64,000 bases of DNA from Zootoca vivipara (lineage: Eukaryota): NCBI RefSeq assembly GCF_963506605.1, contig NC_083277.1, positions 92,132,001 to 92,196,000 on the forward strand, written 5' to 3'. This document shows, in pieces, positions 35,600 through 48,120 of the stretch. Both the position numbers and the translations under genes were made by a program. The notes below the pieces were generated by a model. The model saw only the letters and a list, made by a program, of their open reading frames with translations. It ran no database searches and was not told where the DNA came from. How positions within the stretch are numbered: position 1 is the stretch's first letter; each line of letters begins with the position of its first letter.

Positions 35600-36080
35600 C
35601 CCAGGCAGGAGGATTCCCCTCCAAGCCCTGCTCAGAACCTTCCAGCAGGTGGCGCTGCCTCCGCCGCCTTCCGATCACAAACTCTCCTCCCGCTTGGCTC
35701 AGCCTGCTAGGAAATGACCTAAGAGGAAACCCTCCGGTTTGCAAGCAATGGAAAGAATTCGTCTTCCAGGAGTCTCCGCCTGACACCAAAAGCGGGTGAA
35801 AAGTAAGGGAGAGCAGCAGCAGCTGGGCGATTTTTTTAAAAAAAAAATTGTTGTTTTTATTTTGCTGGTGGCGGGTCGAATTCGTGCAGGATGCCAATCC
35901 TGCATTTGCATTCCATGCTTGAGTTGCTGCCTTTCCTGCTTCTGCTGCTGTTCTTCATGGCTGTGGGCTTTTTCCTGATCTACCTCCACCGACCCGAACC
36001 AGAAACCAAAAAGAATTAGGGTGAGGGTAGCGGGCTGGGCTCGGCTGGGCTGGGCTGGGCGGGCTGCTGTTCCCTCGTAA
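35600..36080 (+). promoter_or_regulatory. MIF4GD: Candidate MIF4GD promoter / non-coding first exon
   Basis: Locally raised CpG/GC outside any recognisable repeat; candidate donor agg|gtgagg at 36020. Confidence 0.4.
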
Positions 36081-36817
36081 AGATGCACCTCACTCCAGTC
36101 CTGAAAGTGGAGGCACAAAAAAAACAAAGCAGGTTGGTGACATTTGAAAATCTCTCTTCCTTGTTAGTTTCAGAAAGAAACGCCTGCTTCTTAACGGGCG
36201 TGGAGCATTTTCTCTCCCATTTGCCTTCCTGACTTGGGCTTTCTGAATTTTACAAGCGATCCTTCTCTGTGCAAGTTCAGATGATTATTCTTATTCTTAC
36301 TCTGTTTTCCTCCAGGGAGCTCAAAGTGGCGTACATAAGTTTCCTCCCCCCCAATTTCCATTTTACTCTCACACAACCCCTATGAGATAGGTTAGGCTAA
36401 AAGGTAGTTGTGTGGCACATACAGTAGTCAAGACAACTTTGTCTTCAGCAAGTTGTGCCCAAAATATGTCTCCTTCCCGTCCCTAGGCTGGTTCACATCT
36501 TTGGCCCCTGTAAATCCTATGCAACACAGTTGGGCTGTGCATGTAACTCTTCCGCCAACTTTAGAAGGGAATGTGACCTGGCATGCCCATGCTCGCCCGT
36601 CTAATCTTGGCAATCCTTTCAGCGTATTGTCAGAACATCCCTATGACTCATAAATGATTTTTGGGCCAGCTATAGTATAAACGAGCCCATTCTGACTTAT
36701 GTACGCCTTTGGAAGGGATCATGGTTCGAATCTCCTTGTCTTTTTTTTTTTTACTACATCCCATTGAAATTGCCACAACTGACAAAAATGGCAAGGCCAA
36801 ACAACAACAATCTAACC

Positions 36818-36953
36818 CAGGCATCCCCAAACTGCGGCCCTCCAGATGTTTTGGCCTACAACTCCCATGATCCCTAGCTAACAGGACCAGTGGTCAGGGA
36901 TGATGGGAATTGTAGTCCAAAACATCTGGAGGGCCGAAGTTTGGGGATGCCTG
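36818..36953. mobile_element. 136-bp palindromic hAT MITE (same family as 366-501)
   Basis: TIRs as at 366; perfect TSD atctaacc. Confidence 0.92.
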
Positions 36954-37076
36954 ATCTAACCTGTAGTCTCTGTAATCCAGGATAACTGCCCCCCAGCTCT
37001 TTGCTAAGATATTGTCTACAAAGGTGCCTTATACTGAGTCAGATCATTATACTACCTATCCCAGCATGGTCCGTTC

Positions 37077-37211
37077 CAATCTTCTCCAATGTGGTGCCTT
37101 CCAGGTGTTTGGGACTACAACTCAGCCCCAGTTAGCATTGCAGTTAGCATACAGGGAAGCATGGGAGTTGTAGTCCAAATTATCTGGAGGGGATGACTTT
37201 GAGAAAGGCTG
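37077..37211. mobile_element. Older related palindromic MITE
   Basis: Core ccaggtgtttgggactacaactc...gagttgtagtccaaattatctgg; degenerate TIRs. Confidence 0.7.
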
Positions 37212-38555
37212 GTCTAATATATCCTAGTCCTTGCTCGCTAAGATCTTTTTTTCTTCTTCCTTTTTTTTTTGCTGGATATTTATTCCTCAGCTTTCTCACT
37301 GAACTAGGGGGCCTCGTGGCCAAATCAGCACCTACGCAAACTCAGTAGAGGATTGTGAGGTACTGATTTACTTATATTTTGACAGCAGTCCCCTTTGCAC
37401 ATGGTTGATGGCAAGTTATCATGCACAGAAATCATTAACCTTGAAGCACTGATAATGTTGATCTTCTGCATGTAATAACTGCCATGAACTAAGCACAGAG
37501 ATGTTTGTGTGGCTGATCTGACTGGAGTATTATGGGAGTAGTCTGGAACCTAAGCATGGTTTAACAACAGTATAGAAATAGAAATTTAATAGTAGTAGTA
37601 CTGTAGTAGTAGTAGTAGTAGTAGTACGGTAGTAATTGCTATCCCCCACTTGGTCTCTCATACCATGACTTCACATTTCAGGAGTACCCATTTCTCTAGC
37701 CAGGTCACAGCTAAAGTTCATTCTGACACTATACACTGGCAGCTGACTACCGGGTATCAGAAAAGAGAACAAAAGCTATAGTTCACAAAAGCAACCTTTA
37801 TGTGTGAACAGTGTCACAGCGAAGCTATACTGATCCCCTTCTGTGAATTATAAAGTTGCAACATGTTCCCGGAGCCAAACGGGTGAATTTGCAGGACTAA
37901 GTCCCTTTGAAGTTATGCGAGTACGGTAAATGTACACAGGGATTTTGTTCGAGAAGTCAATTGCAGGCATATCAAAGGAACTGGCTCTGAATTACTGTAC
38001 TGTATGTATGCCAAAGGGACGAATCCCTTTGTTGTTGTCGTTTAGTAGAAAAGGTGTGCCTGCACGATGCTGATAACATTACTATAGCCTTTTCATAGTA
38101 TGGGGCTGCCTTTGTCCCTGGTGGTCTCTGAGCCTGAAAATGCCTTTTGCCAGATTGGGTGACTGCACCAGCTGTGTCCCTACCTTGAGGGAGGAATCTG
38201 TGCTCTGTTAACCTTCAGATTAGACTGCTGCAGTGTGATATGCATTCTGATACTTACTGCTAGATGGCTAACTGGGACCAGGGCCAGTTCTAATCACATC
38301 ATGCTGGTGCTTCATTGATTAGCACAGGCTCCCGGTCCATTTACAGCTCAATTCAGAGTGTTCATTTTGACATTTAAAGTCCTTCCCAGTTTGAAGGACT
38401 GCCTGCCTCCACATGTGCCAACCCTTACTATAAGATAATACAACAGAGGCCATTATTTGGATGCCCCCCTGGCATTGAGGGTACAGCCAATGGCTACTGG
38501 GGAGAAGACCTTAGTGATGGCGCCCAGGTTATAGAAAGCTCCCTCCCAACGGAGG

Positions 38556-39405
38556 CAGCTGGAGGATGGATGGCGGCTAACAGATTGAGGTTGAATCCTG
38601 ACAAGACAGAAGTACTGTTTTGGGGGACGGGGTGGGCGGGTGTGGAGGACTCCCTGGTCCTGAATGGGGTAACTGTGCCCCTGAAGGAGCAGGTGCGCAG
38701 CCTGGGAGTCAATTTGGACTCGCAGCTGTCTGTGGAGGCACAGGTCAATTCTGTGTCCAGGGCCGCTGTCTGCCAGCTCCATCTGGTACTCAGGCTGATG
38801 ATGATGATGATGATAATACGGTAATAATAATTTATTTATACCCACCCATCTGGCTGGGTTTCCTACCTGCCCACAGACTGTCTCACCAGAGCAGTGCATG
38901 CTCTGATTATCTCCCGCTTGGACTACTGCAATGCACTCTACATGGGGCTACCTTTGAAGGTGACCCGGAAACTACAACTAATCCAGAATGCGGCAGCCAG
39001 ACTGGTGACTCGGAGTGGCCGCCGAGACCATATAACACCGGTTCTGAAAGACCTACATTGGCTCCCAGTACATTTCCAAGCACAATTCAAAGTATTTAAA
39101 GTCCTAAATGGCCTTGGCCCAGTATACCTGAAGGAGCGTCTCCAACCCCATCATTCAGCCTGGACACAGTTCCTCCTCCAAGGGCCTTCTGGTGGTTCCC
39201 TCACTGCGAGATGTGAGATTACAGGGAACCTGGCAGAGTGCCTTCTGGGTAGTGGCACCCACCCTGTGGAACACCTTCTCATCAGATGTCAAGGAAATAA
39301 ACAACTATCTGACTTTTAGAAGACATCTGAAGGCAGCCCTGTTTATGGAAGTTTTTAATGTCTGCTGTTTTATTGTATTTGTTGGGAGCCACCAAATAAT
39401 AATAA
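38556..39405 (+). mobile_element. L2-clade LINE 3' fragment nested in an older L2 remnant (~38290-39640)
   Basis: [50 protein letters not shown] motifs; (aat)n tail. Confidence 0.9.
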
Positions 39406-39770
39406 TATCCTCATATTTACCTTGTTGTTTTTCTAAGGCGAGGGAATATTTTATTTTCCCAGACTTTTTAACTTAATCTGCTTTATCTTTTTTAAGAAGT
39501 TTTTTATTTCTTCTTTTTGTTTCTACTGTTTGTATCATGTGGTGAGTGGTTTTTATTGCTTTATTATGATGATGTTGTTGCTGTTGTTTACTTTGTAAGC
39601 CACCCTGGGATTTTTTTTTAAGAGCAGGATTAAATCCTCCTCCTCCTCCTCCTCCTACTATAATATAATATAGCAGCACCAGCCAGAAAGCCCTTGATCC
39701 TATCTGTTATCAGCAGTTCAGGTTGGGTCTTGTTAGTATTGTATGGGAAACTGTATGAAAATAGGCTTGC

Positions 39771-40130
39771 GAGAGCCAGTGTGGTGAAGTGGTTAGAGCA
39801 GCCTTTCTCAACCTCTTGGGTCCCCAGACGTTGGACTACAACACCCATCATCCCTAGCTAGCAGAACCAGTGGTAAGGGATGGTGGGAATTGTAGCCAAA
39901 CAACATCTGGGGGCCCAAAGTTGAGAAAGACTGGGTAAAATGTCGGACTAGGATCTGGGAGGCCAGGATTAAAATCTCCACTTGATCACCAAAACTTTGG
40001 GCTGGCCACTGCCTCTTAGACCAACTTACCTCCCAGAGTTATTGTGGGGATTAATTGAAGAGGGAGACAACCATGTTTGCCTTGAGCTCCTTGAAGAAAA
40101 TGTGGCAGACATGTGGAATAAACAAATAAC
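39771..40130 (+). mobile_element. Squam3-type SINE interrupted by a hAT MITE (39799-39933)
   Basis: gagagccagtgtggtgaagtggttagag|MITE|...tgtcggactaggatctggga; MITE TIR cagcctttctcaac/gttgagaaagactg. Confidence 0.75.
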
Positions 40131-41115
40131 CATCAATGTACATAACTATTATTAAATTATAGAAAATATGCATAACGAATGCTTTTTAAAAGTTCTGCTC
40201 ACTTGTCATATCATGTTTTGCAAGAGCAGGTATTTAGACATGCTTAATCTTGTCCCTAACACCTACTAACTAGCCAGTATGTGTTCCTCTCTACTAAAAT
40301 AGTGTCCCTGATCCTGTTGTGCTTTGTGCATGGGCAATCCCCATCAGAAGGGGTGAGTGACAGATGAGCTTGAATACTTAGAGGAAGGAGGAGTTATGAG
40401 ATATAACCAAGGGCTAAGAGTTGCAGAGGACTAGCCACTTGAAGTAAAGCCAAAGACCTTTGGAGTGACAGAAACTAACTGGGAACCCAGTGGGAAAGGA
40501 GCATAGTTATTTCCTCTTCTGCACTCCCACCTCCATCCTTTTGCATAGATCCCAGAGTGCTATAGCTTTTCACTGGAAGCATCCCTTGTTTTGTCACCTC
40601 AATTTTCCCCGATTGCAGTGAAAACACATGCCACAGCTGCGGAATTCTGATGAGTGAGCAATGATGTGTTTGGCCAGTTGTCTATTCAGTATTCAGGGGA
40701 CGATGCGGCAGTTAAATTTGGTTTGGCAGTGAACGGGGTGGGCAGGTAAGCCTGGATTTTTCTGCGTTCCCTCCTTAAATCTCAAGTGGGTGAAATAGCA
40801 AAAAAAAAAGTCCCAACACCCTTGTAGACAGAATAGAGATAATGCAGAGGGGGGAAGCAGAAGTACCATCCTCATCGGAGGAGATTTTGCTCCAACTTTT
40901 TCCTTGTTTTGAGGAATGTAGTTTGATTTCAGGAACTCTAGTGTAACTGGCAGTTCCATTTTCCTGTTCAGTGGAGAACGAGAGCGTCCGAAAAGCCATG
41001 GCTAATACCATCTCCTTCCCTTTCCGGGATAATCAGTACCTGATCGCTTCTCTCCCCACAGTTACCACTAATTCAGCTGCTCCCCTTATCTATCGCCACT
41101 GAAGGAGGGAAAGAG

Positions 41116-41197
41116 ATGGGGGACACAGGCAAAGAAGAATATAAAATACATTCGTTCGATACAGAGATTCAGCAGCTACTCAAAACAGCCCTCAAAG
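41116..41197 (+). CDS. MIF4GD: MIF4GD (SLIP1) coding exon 1, 82 nt
   Basis: MGDTGKEEYKIHSFDTEIQQLLKTALK; donor gtcagt. Confidence 0.95.
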
Positions 41198-41364
41198 GTC
41201 AGTATCTCTCCCTTTTCTCTCTCCCCCTCCCTGTTTTTCCCCCTGTCCCCCCCTCCCCATTGCCATGAATCAAGCATAATTCACTGCTAGATTTGGAGCT
41301 GCTTGGGCCTATCAACATTGTGAAGGGTAGTGTGTTCTGATATGAATTGCCTATTCCTTAAAAT

Positions 41365-41600
41365 CTTCAGGGTTAGAAAAGGTTCGGAAAGGGGAGCCAA
41401 AATGATCAAGGGGACGGTGCGACTCCCCCTATGAGGCACGTTTGGCGCATCTGGGACTTTTTAAATGAATAAGGGAGGAAAACAAGAAAAGACAAGGGAG
41501 AGTAGACTTTATAAAATTATGCATTATGTTGAGAAAGTGGGTAGAGAAGTTTTTCTCCCCCTCTCGTAACACTAGAACTCTGTACAGTATGTCCATTTAA
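41365..41600 (+). mobile_element. CR1 LINE 3' fragment (degraded)
   Basis: KMIKG...PYE..L..LGLF-like remnant. Confidence 0.65.
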
Positions 41601-41696
41601 TATGATTTAAATGTTTGGGTGGATAATGTTTGCTGCTGCACACTTGACTACAGGTGAGTTCAGGTAGATTTGTAATGTAAGCTACAAAGTGCTATA

Positions 41697-41992
41697 CAGC
41701 GGTGCCTCAACTTACGAATTTAATCCGTTCCGAAGGCACCTTCGTAGGTCGAAAAATTCGTAAGTTGAAAAACGTTATTGGAAACGCGATTTCCCATAGG
41801 AATGCATTGGAAACGGAAAAATTCGTAAGTCGAAGCAACCCTATCTAAAATTTCGTAAGTCCAAAAATCCCTGTCTAAAACCGCCACGGTTTCCTCTCGG
41901 ATGTCGAGACATTCGTAAGCGCGCAGCCATTAGCTCCATTCGTAAGTCGAAAAATTTGGTTGTCGTGTCGTTCGTAAGTCGAAGTACCACTG
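41697..41992. mobile_element. Tigger-like MITE with internal ttcgtaagtcga repeats
   Basis: TIR cagcggtgcctcaacttacgaa/ttcgtaagtcgaagtaccactg; TA TSD. Confidence 0.88.
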
Positions 41993-42692
41993 TACTCTGA
42001 TAAGGCATGTGCATGGCTGTCTCAATTCAGCCTGCAGCAGAGAAAGCAGAAGAATCAGCTGGACTGATATATGTAAGATTCTACTTTTGAGACAGCCCAT
42101 CGTCCTTAGATGGCTCCTGACTTGCAGTGGTATAGAGCAGCCTTCTCCAACTTCTGTTGCTTCCCGCCACCATCCCTGACCTTTGACTATGCAAGGTGGG
42201 ACTAATGGGAGCTATATTCCAACAACACCTGGAGGACACCTTTTTGCCTACCTGTGAGGTCATGGTTTCTTCCAAAGTATCCTAGGAATGTAATAGAATG
42301 AGAATGCTGAAAATACTTCATTAGCTCTTTATGGAACTACGGGTCCCAATGTTTGCTTTGTTGGGATCAGTAGCAGTTTAGGCAGTATGAAACTGGACTA
42401 AATTTGTGGGGGCAGATATGAAACAGCTCAGGCATGTCACTCACTTCTTGGCCTCAGATTTCTCCTGCCTTTAAAACGGGATAGTAGATAATTATTCCTT
42501 CCAGGAGATTTGCGACGCAGAAAGGTTTGCAAACACCACCTTTCCTACAGGGACAGTTTGGATCCATAAATAAAATATCCAGTGAAAAAGAAGAAGGAAC
42601 CCAGCGATTTCTGTACAATTTTAAACACACAGAATGATGCAAAGGTATGCTTGTTTTGAGGCAGCACTGATAGTGTTACACGTCTTCTACAG

Positions 42693-42802
42693 ACCCCAGC
42701 AGTGTAGATCTGGAGAAGGTCGCCAACGTAATTGTGGACCAGTCCCTCAAAGACTCTGTGTTCAGCAAAGAGGCCGGGCGCATCTGCTACACCATCATCC
42801 AG
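42693..42802 (+). CDS. MIF4GD: MIF4GD coding exon 2, 110 nt
   Basis: DPSSVDLEKVANVIVDQSLKDSVFSKEAGRICYTIIQ. Confidence 0.97.
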
Positions 42803-44036
42803 GTGGGAGAATGAGCATGCCATGTTTTGGAAACTGGTACTTTTCACAGCACAGCTGTTCACCATATGCAACTATTCTGGAAATTTTATTTGCATATAAA
42901 TAACATACTATTCATGTACGCTGTTTTATTTAAAAGTATTTTTAAACAATATTTTTTTATTAAAAAAAATCTAAGCCATGTATAAGAAACAAATAAACAA
43001 AAACCAAAATAAAACAATGCGATAAAAACAGAAATCCAGATATAAGGATCAAATATTACAGAGCAGTGAAAGCTTGCATGAGAAGATACATCTTTACTAG
43101 ACATCTGAAGCGAATAATTGATGATGCCTCATATATGGCAGAGGGAAGGTATTCAAAAATGTTGGGGCAGCAGTAGAAATTCACCCTTTTGGGATCACCA
43201 CCGAGTGATGCTTTGTAGGGTGTGCTGTCATTGGTAAAATTTCCAGATGATCTAAGTGGTCTTGCAGGGGTAGGCCAACATTGCTGCAAGTGATTTAAAA
43301 AATGCATCTCACCATCTCCTAGCCAGTTTTTGTTTAGATGTTCCTGCCCTCTCTTTTGCTTTTCTTGTTTTGTATCTCCAGCATGGTTGATACAAGGGAT
43401 GAGACATGGGTGGGTGAGATCAGAGGGATGCGACATTATTGCATCATTATTGGTTTTTTGTTAAAGCAAGAACTCCAACATGAAATAAAATTTTCTATAA
43501 GTCCAGAGGGCTGGGGAACTTTCCCCAAAAACATAGTGGAGAGGTTGTGGGGAAACTTGTGCACACATTTGTGCATATATATATACATACAGTAAATCTG
43601 TTATGGATATACAAAAGGAGCCTGTAGGTTGCATAAAAGCCATTCTAGATGTGCATGCTGTTCACTTTGGCTCTACCACCAGCCATGCTTCCTTTCCTAC
43701 GGATGGAGCTTGGTTTGGCCTGCCCTGCTGAATATTTTGGGTGCCCAGCCCAGCTGTGAGAGGGCAAGAAGGTGAATCTATCCCTTCAACTCCAGACCAG
43801 ACGTGGTGAGCAAAACTCCCATTAGTGACCTGTCTCAGTTTTGCCTCCCTTCTGAACTTTTTTGCACCTATAGGCTCCTGCTTCATCGTGCCAGAACTTT
43901 TTTCTGCACGGTGGTGTGTTTTGAAGCATGAGAGAGGGAAGAGAAAGAGAGAGAGATAAGCCCAGGCAGCCTGCTGCCACAGCTAAGATTGCACACAGCA
44001 TCCTTCTGGCACTTCACCTCTTTGCCTTTGTCGCAG

Positions 44037-44192
44037 GCGGAGAGCAAACAGGTGGGCCAGAGTGTCTTTCGGCGGGGGCTCCTCAACCGACTTCAGCAGG
44101 AGTATAAAGACCGGGATGAACTGCGAGCCCGGTCGCTCCAGGCCTGGATCTGCTATGTCACTTTTATCTGTAACATCTTTGACTACCTGAGG
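44037..44192 (+). CDS. MIF4GD: MIF4GD coding exon 3, 156 nt
   Basis: AESKQVGQSVFRRGLLNRLQQEY...FICNIFDYLR. Confidence 0.97.
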
Positions 44193-44679
44193 GTAAGACC
44201 AAACTTCAGAACTGGTGTGTATTCCAGACCTGGGGTTAGTTCATGTGGTGCTCTTATAAGGAGGGAATGGGGTTGTGTTTAGGGTTTTGTTTTTGTTTTT
44301 TTCAATGCTGCCACTCAATCCTATTCCCATAAGATTGGGGGGGGGGGGGAACAGCTTAAAACATTGAACCAAATTTAACGTTTATCTAAAATACTTGGGG
44401 GAAATAAAAAGGCATTTGCCTGGCACCCAAAGGATGATAAGGCGAGTGCCTGGCAACCTCTGTGGGAAGAGCGTTCCACATCTGGGGCACTCGCCTGAAA
44501 TGACTGGGGCAGCCGCAGGAGGCCTTAATTCAAATGAGTGGTCATCTGCATTTGTCATTTGTACAGAAATTCATCTTGCAGTCCAAAAAGTTCATGGCCT
44601 AGATGTTTCAGCAGAACAGCTTTTAGAAGCAGCCTGCCATGGGGGTCCCTGCAGTTTGGTTCTTCCTGTTACAATAATT

Positions 44680-44852
44680 TTAATAATAATAATAATTTAT
44701 TATTTCGTCCCCAGCCACTCTGGGCGGCTTTCAACAGAACATAAAAAAACTGAATAAAACTTCAAACGTTTAAAACTTCCCTAAACAGGGTTGCCTTCAG
44801 ATGTCTTCTAAAAGTCGGATAGTTGTTTATTTCCTTGACATCTGGTGGGATG
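44680..44852 (-). mobile_element. L2-clade LINE 3' end fragment
   Basis: Reverse complement of the 39280-39390 region. Confidence 0.75.
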
Positions 44853-45023
44853 TCAAGGTATCATGCATCTGATGCAAAAGGGCTCTAGGTTGTGCCACAG
44901 GTGCTCTTGTTTCAAGAGACTTAGCATGCACAGCTACCTTTCTGGGATTTTTAAGACACACGGACAGGGAGGGACTCTCTAACAATTCCATAATGATTCT
45001 GAGCGACCCTCCCTATTTCACAG

Positions 45024-45116
45024 GTCAACAACATGCCTATGATGGCACTGGTGAACCCAGTTTACGATTGCCTGTTCCGACTGGCGCAGCCAGAGAGCCT
45101 GCGGAAAGAGGAAGAG
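45024..45116 (+). CDS. MIF4GD: MIF4GD coding exon 4, 93 nt
   Basis: VNNMPMMALVNPVYDCLFRLAQPESLRKEEE. Confidence 0.97.
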
Positions 45117-45280
45117 GTGAGTATTCTCAGGGCACGTTGGGGGGGCAAAAGCAGGGTGCTGTCCTGTGAGAATGCACCTGGGAAAGAGGATTGGAAGGTG
45201 GTTGACTTTTAGGCCAGGGGTGGGAATCTTTTTTTCAGCCTGGAGCAATGAATGCAAATTTCCCCTTTGTACAGGAGGCT

Positions 45281-45636
45281 GGGAAGCGGGTGGTGCTGTG
45301 GGTTAAACCACAGAGCCTAGGGCTTGCCGATCAGAAGGTTGGCGGTTCGAATCCCTGCAATGGGGTGAGCTCCCTTTGCTCAGTCCCAGCTCCTGCCCAC
45401 CTAGCAGTTCGAAAGCACATCAAAGTGCAAGTAGATAAATAGGGACCGCTCCAGCCGGAAGGTAAACGGCGCTTCCGTGCGCTGCTCTGGTTCGCCAGAA
45501 GCGGCTTAGTCATGCTGGCCACATGACCTGGAAGCTGTACGCCGGCTCCCTCGGCCAATAACGCGAGATGAGCGCTGCAACCCCAGAGTCGGTCACGACT
45601 GGACCTAATGGTCAGGGGTCCCTTTACCTTTTACCT
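45281..45636 (+). mobile_element. Sauria SINE (full length)
   Basis: A/B-box head, tail ctttaccttttacct; 11-bp TSD tacagga(g/t)gct. Confidence 0.95.
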
Positions 45637-46188
45637 TACAGGATGCTAGTTTCTACACACATCCACCCAGTGCTTTTTTATGGGGGGATGCAGGGGGACC
45701 CATACCCCTTTACATTTTGTGAATCTTTGTACTTTTGTCCAAAGATTTATATATATTTTTCCAATTTGAACGATAAAATGGTGATTTTCTTGAGTCAAAA
45801 TGAGAGTACCCATAAAGATAATTTTTTAAAGAAAAACAGCACTGCATCCACCCAACCATCATTTTATTTGCATGCTGCCTCTCCATAGTTAAAACCATGC
45901 TCAAGGCATCTTGCAGCATGAAAACAATAGTTAATTACAAATATAACAAAAGTAGTCATAAACAATAAATAAAACACATCAAAAGAACACAACCAAAATG
46001 CAATAAATCACACAAAAAAACGCAGCCGAAGATTCAGTTTAGCAGCCTACTTTATTTTTCCCCTTCTCTTCTGATTTAGTGCCAAGATGCCAACATGAGA
46101 CATTTCTGTGCAGCATACCCCCCCTAGCCCACCCCCTTTAACCAACCACCGATTCTTAACAGACGCATTTTCATTTCCTTCCATTAAG

Positions 46189-46416
46189 GTGGACTGTCTG
46201 GTGTTGCAGCTACACCGCATTGGTGAACAGCTTGAGAAGATGAACACCCAGAGGATGGATGAGCTTTTTTCCCTCCTGCGAGACGGTTTCCTCCTGCAGG
46301 AGGGCCTTACCTCCCTTTCCCAGCTACTCTTGCTTGAGATCATTGAGTTCCGGGCCGCCGACTGGAAAATGACAGACGCGGCCCAGAAGTACTATTACAG
46401 TGAGGTCGCAGATTGA
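46189..46416 (+). CDS. MIF4GD: MIF4GD last coding exon, 228 nt (total 669 nt, 222 aa)
   Basis: VDCLVLQLHRIGEQLEKMN...KYYYSEVAD*; candidate AATAAA at 48617. Confidence 0.97.
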   Translation: MDCLVLQLHRIGEQLEKMNTQRMDELFSLLRDGFLLQEGLTSLSQLLLLEIIEFRAADWKMTDAAQKYYYSEVAD

Positions 46417-47809
46417 GCAGGCAGTTGCTCACCCTGGGTCATGCTGCCCAAAGCCAGAGTTTGAATTTCCACTCTGAACCTTTGCACCAGCAAACTTCAC
46501 ACAACAACAAAGAATAGCTGCAATTATTTTTAATACTTCCCTCCCCCACCCGAACCCTAGCACTTTTTGTATATAGAATGTATAACTTGCTCCCTCAATA
46601 GATCTTTTGCGCTGGAGCTGGGAGAGGAAAAAGGGTCGCATTCTGCCACTGCCGCTCCCATCATGTTGCACTAAATAGGAAGCTGTATTAATCATTGCCG
46701 CAAGCTGGACTGACATTTGACACAGGGTAGTTCTCTCTGAGAAGTTTACTTGTATATGCTAATTTTAATGTATGCAGCCTTAAAACAAAAAAGGCTGTGG
46801 TTTAAAACCAGCCGGGGGATAACCTTATTTACTCCAAAAGCACACTAAGCCTAAGAATCTGTCTCCCTCTGCAGCACGTACATGTGGCAGTTGGTTATTT
46901 TATGCTCTGTTCCATAGCTGTTCTGTTTGCCCTTTGGTTGAGAAGGCAATTCTCTAATCAAAGCCCAAGCATGGCATTTCAATTTCCTGCCTTGTAAACC
47001 CATTTTGGATGCTTTCAGGAGCCTCATTTGCTCTCTGTTTACATGCAGTCACTATGAGGCACGAGGGATATCAGAAACTTTACCACTGTTCTGAAATCAA
47101 AGAAAGGTGGCTCGTTCAGGTACTAGTTCCTCTATTAACAACCTACAACAAAGACTTTCTCCTTTTTTTGTCCTACTCCTTACTTCAGTTTTGTTTTTTT
47201 AAGGCAGATTTTTCACTTCTAGCATGCATGCAAGGGTGGAAATACTTTTGTGACCGATTAGTATTAAAAAACAGTATGCATTGTTCCCGCAAACAATGGT
47301 GCAATTTGAAAAGTGGGGGGCTGCTTTCCCTTTCCTTTGTCATAGGAAAATAATACACCTGGAAGCGACAATTCTAGGTGTATAACACCAATTTCATTGA
47401 TAGGTGGTTCAGAACTGGACTGCTTTAAAATGCTTTCTGATGCAGGTAGACGACCCTTCCCTGAACACACAAAAGTAGCATGGCAGGGCAAGGCTGGAAG
47501 CCTTCTCTTTGCCATGCTAGCCTTGCAAAAGCAAGGTGGTTTTTTTTGAAGAAGAACATTCAGTCATGTCACCCCCAACCGGCAGTCTGAAATGAGACAA
47601 CCCCAGGAGGCCTTTCCTGGGTTGGTTGTTTCTCACTTAGCGTGGAAGTACATGCTATCAAAATCAAGGGGCCTTCATTTCCTAGAAAATATATTTAGGA
47701 ATGGGAGAGGGGAAATCTTTCTCTCTGCTTATTGGCTGCATAATAACAGCCCTGTTAAATTTGCTTAGGGTTTTAGATTCTTGAAGAGGTTACGTAATAC
47801 TACAACCCA

Positions 47810-48120
47810 GGGTCACCCAAAGAAGCTGGTGGGAGAGGCAGGACAGTCAAACGGAAGGCTTCCTTCACGCAGTACATAAATTATGGAATTCCCAATCCAA
47901 AGATGTGCCAGCTTGGGTGTACTTAAGAAGGGATTAGACTCATTTGATAAAGCTGTCATGGTTAGTAGCCATGATGCCTATTTATTGCCTCTCAATACCA
48001 ATTGCTGAGGAATACAAGAGGGAAGAGTACCGTCATGCTCATTTGCTGCTTATGGGCTTTGCATAGGCAGCCTATCTGGACTGGATAGGATTGTGATTTG
48101 AACCAACAGGGCTCTTATTA
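47810..48120 (+). mobile_element. Degraded CR1 3' end, probably within the MIF4GD 3' UTR
   Basis: aggacagtcaaacggaag...taaattatggaattccc...ggattagac...aacagggctcttatta. Confidence 0.55.

Noticed and set aside
41697-41992. CRISPR-like spaced repeats (ttcgtaagtcga)
   Set aside because: Short internal subterminal repeats of a TA-flanked MITE in a vertebrate genome; irregular spacing, no cas genes
42458-42645. Possible extra MIF4GD cassette exon
   Set aside because: All candidate acceptors give in-frame stops, and the candidate donor is under 50 nt from the next acceptor
45281-45370. tRNA gene (A/B boxes)
   Set aside because: tRNA-derived SINE head; no cloverleaf
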